Below are positions 26,539 to 32,000 of a stretch of 32,000 bases of DNA, piece by piece. The position numbers were made by a program, and so were the translations under genes. The number at the start of each line of letters is the position of its first letter. The stretch's first letter is position 1. The stretch comes from Horticoccus luteus (GTDB lineage Bacteria > Verrucomicrobiota > Verrucomicrobiia > Opitutales > Opitutaceae), in the NCBI RefSeq assembly GCF_019464535.1, contig NZ_CP080507.1, forward strand, positions 3,270,001 to 3,302,000, read 5' to 3'. The notes below the pieces were generated by a model. The model searched no databases, was not told the origin of the DNA, and was given only the letters and a program-made list of their open reading frames with translations.

Positions 26539-26578
26539 TTGACATGCCCGCCCGTATATTCGTATATGCGCATATTCG
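26539..26578 (+). promoter_or_regulatory. Putative promoter (TTGACA at 26539-26544, -10-like GTATAT/TATATG about 17-18 nt downstream) overlapped by operator-like box B
   Basis: Box B (26555-26578) is TATATTCG-TATATGCG-CATATTCG. It contains the perfect 12-bp palindrome ATATGCGCATAT (26564-26575), extendable to the 18-bp near-palindrome CGtATATGCGCATATtCG (26561-26578). It ends 13 nt before the ATG at 26592. Confidence 0.45.
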
Positions 26579-26591
26579 TCAATCTCACACC

Positions 26592-26813
26592 ATGAAAACC
26601 GACTCCTTCATCCGTCTCCTCGCCGGCACGGTCATCCTCCTGGGCTGCGCCCTCACCGCGTTCGTCAACCTGTGGTGGCTCCTCGTCCCGGCCTTCGTGG
26701 GCGCCAACCTCATCCAGTCCACGCTCACCGGCTTCTGCCCGCCGACCCTCGTGTTGCGCAAGCTCGGCTGGGTCGACGCCGACAACGTCATCCACTGGGG
26801 CGGCCAGCGCTGA
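26592..26813 (+). CDS. DUF2892 (YgaP C-terminal-like) two-TM miniprotein, 73 aa
   Basis: The internal ATG at 26592 of ORF 26475..26813 gives MKTDSFIRLLAGTVILLGCALTAFVNLWWLLVPAFVGANLIQSTLTGFCPPTLVLRKLGW... This matches the IRxxxG...two-helix...GFCP pattern of the family. Confidence 0.78.
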   Translation: MKTDSFIRLLAGTVILLGCALTAFVNLWWLLVPAFVGANLIQSTLTGFCPPTLVLRKLGWVDADNVIHWGGQR

Positions 26814-26824
26814 TTCGTGCCGCC

Positions 26825-27001
26825 ATGTCCCCTCTCCTCCGCTTCATTCTCATCGTGCTCGCCGGCATCGGCCTCGGCGCCCTGCTCGGCTGGACCAACT
26901 CCTGCTCCTCCGGCGCCTGCCCGCTCACGTCCACCTGGTGGCGGGGCGCCCTCTACGGCGGCGTCCTCGGCGTCCTGCTCGCCGCCAGCTTTCGTTCCTA
27001 A
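26825..27001 (+). CDS. DUF6132-like two-TM miniprotein with a CxxxxC loop, 58 aa
   Basis: The internal ATG at 26825 of ORF 26672..27001 gives MSPLLRFILIVLAGIGLGALLGWTNSCSSGACPLTSTWWRGALYGGVLGVLLAASFRS. A Gly-rich helix, CSSGACP, then a second Gly-rich helix matches my recollection of DUF6132. It starts 11 nt after the previous stop and ends 5 nt before the next start. Confidence 0.68.
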   Translation: MSPLLRFILIVLAGIGLGALLGWTNSCSSGACPLTSTWWRGALYGGVLGVLLAASFRS

Positions 27002-27006
27002 ACGCC

Positions 27007-28326
27007 ATGCGCCCCTTCTTTCTCTCCCTTCTTTTGCTGGCCGGTCCGGTCGTCGCGCTCCGCGCTGAGCCGTGGACCGTCGAGCGCGCCGTGGCCACCG
27101 CCCTCGAGCAAAGCCCCGATGCCCGCATCGCCCGCGCCCGGGTGGAGGGGGCGCAGGCCCTCGTGGACCAGGCCCGCGCCGCGTGGCTGCCCCAGCTCGG
27201 CCTCTCGGGCCGTTATACCGAGACGAACAACCCGATGATGGCGTTCGGGGCCATCCTCAATCAGCGCGCCTTCGACTTCAGTCTCGATTTCAACCGCCCC
27301 GGCCGCATCGACAATCTCAACGCCACCGGCACGATCGCCTACAACCTCTACAGTGGCGGCCGCGCGACCGCCGGGCGCAACGCCGCGCGGGCGGGCGCCG
27401 CCGCGGCCGATTCCGATTTCCGCGCCACGCGCCACCAGCTCGCCACCGCCGTGGTCCAGGCCGTGCTCAACATCCGCAAGGCCCGCGAAGCCGTCACCGC
27501 GGTCGAGGGCGGCGTCGCCGCCTACGAGGCCGCCGTCACCGCGGCCCGCGCCCGGTTCGACGCCGGCCGGCTCCTCAAGGCCGACTTGTTGAGCCTCGAG
27601 GTGCAACTCGCCCAGACCCGCGAAGCGCGCTCCGCCGCCCGCCACGCCGCCGCCCTCGCCGCCCGCGCCTTCACGTTCATTCTCGGGCTCGAACCCTCCG
27701 ACGCGCCGCTCGAATTCGTCGCCGACGATCCCGCGCTCGCCGGCCTCGCCGCGCCCGCCGCGCTCGATTTTTCCGCCCGCCCCGAACTCCAGGGTTTGCA
27801 GCAACGCCTTCGCGCCGCCGAGGCCATGGTCGCCGCCGCGCGCGGCCACCGCCGCCCGACCGTCAACGCCTTTGCGAGCTACCAATACGACCAGGGCTGG
27901 CAGCTCGACCGCCACGCCGATAGCTGGCTCGCCGGGCTCTCGGTGGACGTCAATATTTTCGACGGCGGCCAGACCTCCGGCCGCATCCGCCAAAGCAACG
28001 CCGCTCTCACCGAGGTGAGGGAAATGCTGCGCCGCGCCACGCTCGGCATCGGCCTCGAAGTCGAACAAGCGCGCCTCGCCCACGAGGATGCCTCCGAACG
28101 CCTCGCCGTCTCCGCGCAAGCCGTCGCGCAGGCCACCGAGAGCGCCACGTTGAGCCGCGCGCGTTTCGCCCGCGGCGCCTTGCTCACCGCCGATCTCATC
28201 GGCGTCGAGAGCCGGCTCCTGGAAGCCCGCCTCCGCCAGACTGTGGCCGCCGCCGATGAACGCCTCGCGCTCGTCGATCTGCGCCGCGCCGTCGGCCTCG
28301 ATCCCGTTCCCCTCTCCCAACCCTGA
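27007..28326 (+). CDS. Outer-membrane efflux factor (TolC/OMF family)
   Basis: The ATG at 27007 gives the signal peptide MRPFFLSLLLLAGPVVALRA. Two repeated coiled-coil/beta halves are typical of OMFs (AVATALEQSPDARIA..., YNLYSGGR, NIFDGGQTSGRI). Confidence 0.9.
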   Translation: MRPFFLSLLLLAGPVVALRAEPWTVERAVATALEQSPDARIARARVEGAQALVDQARAAWLPQLGLSGRYTETNNPMMAFGAILNQRAFDFSLDFNRPGRIDNLNATGTIAYNLYSGGRATAGRNAARAGAAAADSDFRATRHQLATAVVQAVLNIRKAREAVTAVEGGVAAYEAAVTAARARFDAGRLLKADLLSLEVQLAQTREARSAARHAAALAARAFTFILGLEPSDAPLEFVADDPALAGLAAPAALDFSARPELQGLQQRLRAAEAMVAAARGHRRPTVNAFASYQYDQGWQLDRHADSWLAGLSVDVNIFDGGQTSGRIRQSNAALTEVREMLRRATLGIGLEVEQARLAHEDASERLAVSAQAVAQATESATLSRARFARGALLTADLIGVESRLLEARLRQTVAAADERLALVDLRRAVGLDPVPLSQP

Positions 28327-28336
28327 CCCTCCCGCC

Positions 28337-29413
28337 ATGACCTCTTCCCCCCTCTCCGTCCCGCCCGCCGCCCGCCGGCGATTTGTTGCGGTCCGCCCTC
28401 TCTCCGCCCTGGCCGTTGCGCTGGTGCTCGCCGGTTGCTCCCGCCCGGCCCCTTCGACCGGCGCGGCCGCCCAAGCCGGTCCGCCCGTGCCCGTTCGCGT
28501 CGCGACCGTCCACGTCGAGGAACTGCCCGTCGTCACCGAAGTCACCGGCACCGTGCGCCCCGTGCAACGCGCGCAGATCGCCGCGAAAGTCATGGGCGCG
28601 ATCGACGAGATGCCCGTCACCCTCGGCCAGGCCGTCCACACCGGCGACTTGTTGGTCAAAGTCTCCGCGGCCGAAATCTCCGCCCGCGTCGCGCAAGCTC
28701 AGTCGCAACTCAACGCCGCCCGCCGCGACCTCGACCGCGAACGCGACCTCCTCGGCCACGGCGCCAGCACCGCCGACACCGTCAAGAACCTCGAAGACCG
28801 CTTCGCCTCCGCGCAGGCCATGCTGCACGAAGCCGAGACGATGCTCGGCTACGCCACCGTGCGCGCGCCCTTTGCCGGCGTCATCGCGCGAAAATTCGCC
28901 CAGGCGGGCGACTTCGCTTCGCCCGGCCTCCCCCTGTTGGAATTGGAAGGCGCCGGCGATTTCCAAGTCGAGGCCGGCGTGCCCGACTCGCTCGCGGCGG
29001 CGCTCACCCTCGGCGCGCCGCTCACCGTCACGATCCCGGCCCGCGGCCTCGCGTTCACCGGCTCGCTCGCCGAACTTTCCTCGGCCGCCGATGCGGGCGC
29101 CCGCACCGTGCTCGCCAAAATCTCCGTGCCCGCGCGCGACCTCGTGCGCTCCGGCGAATTCGCCCGCGTGCGACTCCCCGGCGCGCCGGCCCGCGCGCTG
29201 CTCGTGCCCCTCGCCGCCCTCGTTCACACCGGCCAGTTGGAACGCATTTTCGTCGCCGACGCTTCCGGCCATGCCACCCTCCGGCTCGTGAAAACCGGCG
29301 CCACCCACGCTGACCGCATCGAGATTCTCTCCGGGCTCGACGACGGCGAACGCGTCATCCTCTCACCCTCGCCCGCCCTGCGCGAAGGCCAGGCCCTGGA
29401 GGTTCAGCGATGA
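28337..29413 (+). CDS. RND efflux periplasmic adaptor (MFP/HlyD family), lipoprotein
   Basis: The ATG at 28337 is followed by the lipobox LVLAGC. Segments [19 protein letters not shown], a coiled-coil hairpin, [16 protein letters not shown] and LVPLAALV. Confidence 0.9.
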   Translation: MTSSPLSVPPAARRRFVAVRPLSALAVALVLAGCSRPAPSTGAAAQAGPPVPVRVATVHVEELPVVTEVTGTVRPVQRAQIAAKVMGAIDEMPVTLGQAVHTGDLLVKVSAAEISARVAQAQSQLNAARRDLDRERDLLGHGASTADTVKNLEDRFASAQAMLHEAETMLGYATVRAPFAGVIARKFAQAGDFASPGLPLLELEGAGDFQVEAGVPDSLAAALTLGAPLTVTIPARGLAFTGSLAELSSAADAGARTVLAKISVPARDLVRSGEFARVRLPGAPARALLVPLAALVHTGQLERIFVADASGHATLRLVKTGATHADRIEILSGLDDGERVILSPSPALREGQALEVQR

Positions 29414-32000
29414 GCGCCGCTCCGCTCGGCCCGCTCGGCGATCGGCCCCGCTTCGGTTTCGCGGGCCGCATGGCTTCGATGTTCATCGACTCGAAGCTCA
29501 CCCCCATCGTCGTCGCCGCCTCGCTGCTGCTCGGTTTTTTCGCCGTGGTCATGCTGCCGCGCGAGGAGGAGCCGCAGATCAAGGTGCCGATGATCGACGT
29601 CATGGTCGCGATGCCCGGCGCCTCCGCCGCCGAAGTCGAAAATCGCGTCACCCGCCCGATGGAGCGCCTCCTCTGGGAAATCCCCGGCGTCGAATACCTT
29701 TACTCCACCGCCAGCCCGGGCGGCAACATGACCATCGTGCGCTTCGAGGTCGGCACCGACCTCGAGGCGGCGCTCGTGCGCCTCAACCAGAAGCTGCAGG
29801 CCAACTTCGACCGCATTCCCTTTGGCGTCTCCCCGCCCCTCGTCAAACCGCGCACGATCGACGACGTCCCCGTCCTCGCGCTCACGTTTCACAGCCGCCG
29901 TTACGATCACGCGATGCTGCGCCGCATCGCCGCCCAGGTCGACGAAGTGGTGACGTCCCTCCCCGAAGTCGCCGAGACCACGCTCATCGGCGGCAACCGG
30001 CGCCAGATCCGCGTGCTGCTCGATCCCGCGCGCCTCGCTTCGCGCAATCTCAGCGCGGGCCACCTCGTGCCGATGCTCCAATCGGCCAACGCCCAATCCC
30101 ACACCGGCGCCCAGTCTTCCGCCAATCACGAAACGCTCCTGCAAACCGGCGCCTTCTTCCGCGACGCCCGGGACGTCGGCGCCGTGGTCGTGGGCGTCGC
30201 CGACGGCCACCCCGTTTACCTGCGCGATGTCGCCACGATCGTCGACGGCCCCGAAGAGCCGTCCAACTATGTGTTCTACGGCGCCTCCGGCCGGACCGGC
30301 GCCGCGGCCACCGCGACCGCCCTCGACGAACCCGCCGTCACGCTCAGCCTCGCCAAGCGCCGCGGCGCCAACGCCATCACCGTCGTTGACGCCGTTCTCG
30401 CCAAAGTCGATTCGCTCCAAGGCACCGTCATCCCCGCCGATGTCGGCCTCGCCATCACGCGCAACTACGGCGCCACCGCCGCCGATAAATCCAACGAGCT
30501 CCTGCTCCACATGGGCTTCGCGGTGTTCGGCGTCGCCGTCCTCATTCTCCTCTTCCTCGGCTGGCGCGAATCCCTGGTCGTGCTCCTCGCGATCCCCGTC
30601 ACCCTCGGTCTCACGCTGCTCGTGTTTTACCTGCACGGCTACACGCTCAACCGCATCACCCTCTTCGCGCTGATTTTCTCGATCGGCATCCTCGTCGACG
30701 ATGCGATCGTCGTCGTCGAAAACATCGTGCGGCACATGGCGCTCCCCGGCTGCCGCCGCAAACGCCTCCTCCAAATCGCCGTCGAAGCGACCGACGAAGT
30801 GGGCAACCCCACCATCCTCGCCACCCTCGCCGTCATCGCCGCCGTGCTGCCGATGGCCTTCGTCAGCGGCCTGATGGGCCCCTACATGCGGCCGATCCCG
30901 ATCGGCTCGAGCGCGGCGATGCTGTTCTCGCTCCTCGTCGCCTTCGCCGTCACACCCTGGGCCGCCCTCAAAATCCTGCGCGGTCGCGCTTCGCACGCCG
31001 GCCACGCCGCCGCCTTCGTCAACGCTCCGCCCTCCGAGGAAATCGAAGCCGCCGGCGAGACCGCGCCCGAGACGGCGTTCACCCGCCTCTACACGCGCTT
31101 CATGCGCCCGCTGCTCGATCACCGCCGTTGGCGCTGGGCCTTCCTCGCGATCGTCTCCGCCGCCACCGTGGTGGCGATGGCGCTCGTCGGTCTCGGCGGC
31201 GTGAAAGTCAAGATGCTCCCCTTCGACAACAAGTCGGAGTTTCAAGTCATCATCAACCTGCCCGAGGGCGCCACGCTCGAGCAGACCACCCGCGTCGCCC
31301 GCGAAATGGCCGCCGCCATCCGCGACGAACCCGAGGTCTCCGATTATCAGGTCTACGCCGGCACCGCCTCGCCGTTTAATTTCAACGGCCTCGTGCGCCA
31401 CTACTTCCTTCGCCGCGGCAGCAACGTCGCCGATCTTCAGGTCAACCTCGTGCCCAAGCACGAGCGCTCGGCCCAAAGCCACGACATCGCCAAGCGCGTC
31501 CGCCCCCGCCTCGCCGCCATCGCCGCCCGCTACGACGCCGCCGTCGCCGTGGCCGAAGTCCCGCCCGGCCCGCCCGTCCTCCAGACCCTGGTCGCCGAAA
31601 TCTACGGACCGTCGGAGGAAGCGCGCCTGCACCTCGCCGAAAAAGTCCGCGAAATCTTCCGCGCCACGCCCGGCGTGGTCGACGTGGACTGGTATGTCGA
31701 ACACCGCCAGCCGAAGACCCTCCTCCGCATCGATGCCGAGAAGGCCGCCCTGCACGGCATCAGCGAGGCCACGATCACCCGCACCGTGCAGATGGCCGCC
31801 CAAGGCTTTCCCGTCACGCTCCTGCACTCGCCCGCCGAACGCGAAGACGTGAACGTCGTCCTCGAACTCCCCCGCGCCCTCCGCGCCCGGCCCGACGACC
31901 TCCTCGCCCTCACCGTCCGCTCGGAGCGGAATCCGTCCGCTCCGCTCGTCCCGCTGCGCGAACTCGTCTCCGTCGTTTCGACGCGGGGCGAACGCAACAT
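29410..32000 (+). CDS. RND efflux transporter permease (AcrB/HAE-like), N-terminal 863 codons; continues beyond the window
   Basis: Hand translation from the ATG at 29410, which forms an ATGA overlap with the adaptor stop: [60 protein letters not shown]... The TM4 motif is [18 protein letters not shown] at about 30680-30730. The frame was spot-checked at the start, the TM4 region and the end, and none of the + strand ORFs listed in this region is in this frame. It is absent from the ORF track because no stop falls in the window. Confidence 0.92.
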   Translation, partial: MSAAPLGPLGDRPRFGFAGRMASMFIDSKLTPIVVAASLLLGFFAVVMLPREEEPQIKVPMIDVMVAMPGASAAEVENRVTRPMERLLWEIPGVEYLYSTASPGGNMTIVRFEVGTDLEAALVRLNQKLQANFDRIPFGVSPPLVKPRTIDDVPVLALTFHSRRYDHAMLRRIAAQVDEVVTSLPEVAETTLIGGNRRQIRVLLDPARLASRNLSAGHLVPMLQSANAQSHTGAQSSANHETLLQTGAFFRDARDVGAVVVGVADGHPVYLRDVATIVDGPEEPSNYVFYGASGRTGAAATATALDEPAVTLSLAKRRGANAITVVDAVLAKVDSLQGTVIPADVGLAITRNYGATAADKSNELLLHMGFAVFGVAVLILLFLGWRESLVVLLAIPVTLGLTLLVFYLHGYTLNRITLFALIFSIGILVDDAIVVVENIVRHMALPGCRRKRLLQIAVEATDEVGNPTILATLAVIAAVLPMAFVSGLMGPYMRPIPIGSSAAMLFSLLVAFAVTPWAALKILRGRASHAGHAAAFVNAPPSEEIEAAGETAPETAFTRLYTRFMRPLLDHRRWRWAFLAIVSAATVVAMALVGLGGVKVKMLPFDNKSEFQVIINLPEGATLEQTTRVAREMAAAIRDEPEVSDYQVYAGTASPFNFNGLVRHYFLRRGSNVADLQVNLVPKHERSAQSHDIAKRVRPRLAAIAARYDAAVAVAEVPPGPPVLQTLVAEIYGPSEEARLHLAEKVREIFRATPGVVDVDWYVEHRQPKTLLRIDAEKAALHGISEATITRTVQMAAQGFPVTLLHSPAEREDVNVVLELPRALRARPDDLLALTVRSERNPSAPLVPLRELVSVVSTRGERN

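Noticed and set aside
26998-31827. Long minus-strand ORFs (26998..28659, 28196..29308, 29404..31827) opposite the OMF, MFP and RND genes
   Set aside because: Their translations are Gly/Asp/Glu/Arg-rich (for example [12 protein letters not shown]) with no motifs. The plus-strand genes carry clear family signatures and operon spacing.

Overview
High-GC (roughly 65-70% by eye) bacterial chromosomal window. The gene content suggests a PVC or Verrucomicrobiota (Opitutaceae-like) organism, but that is a low-confidence guess made without any search. No CRISPR array, transposase, integrase, phage gene or recognisable defence gene is visible. Layout: (i) 1-7990, minus strand: respiratory complex I operon nuoB-C-D-E-F-G-H-I. 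nuoI is cut by the window edge and there is no nuoA upstream of nuoB. (ii) 8225-8312: tRNA-Ser(GGA). (iii) Plus strand: a short MetE-like methyltransferase and a Gfo/Idh/MocA oxidoreductase. (iv) About 11170-12270: a low-GC patch with a C11 homopolymer, short repeats and a secreted Ig-like protein gene of mosaic composition. (v) 12342-19088, minus strand: a same-strand cluster of secreted VWA protein, sensor kinase, OmpR-type regulator, DegT-type aminotransferase and neutral-ceramidase-like hydrolase. Four 11-bp-phased GTCA(G/T) repeats lie in its upstream divergent region. (vi) A sulfite-oxidase-fold Mo enzyme convergent with mobA, a DAACS symporter, a GH2 beta-mannosidase and a membrane fatty-acid desaturase. 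(vii) 25945 to the window end: an ArsR-family regulator divergent from a tightly packed operon of DUF2892-like miniprotein, DUF6132-like miniprotein, outer-membrane factor, periplasmic adaptor and RND pump. Mirror-image AT-rich operator-like boxes flank a very GC-rich spacer between them. Item (vii) is my best candidate for an undescribed system, followed by the VWA/two-component/DegT/ceramidase-like cluster. Both remain hypotheses, and most of the window is ordinary housekeeping. All family calls come from motif recognition in the translated ORFs; no database search was possible.
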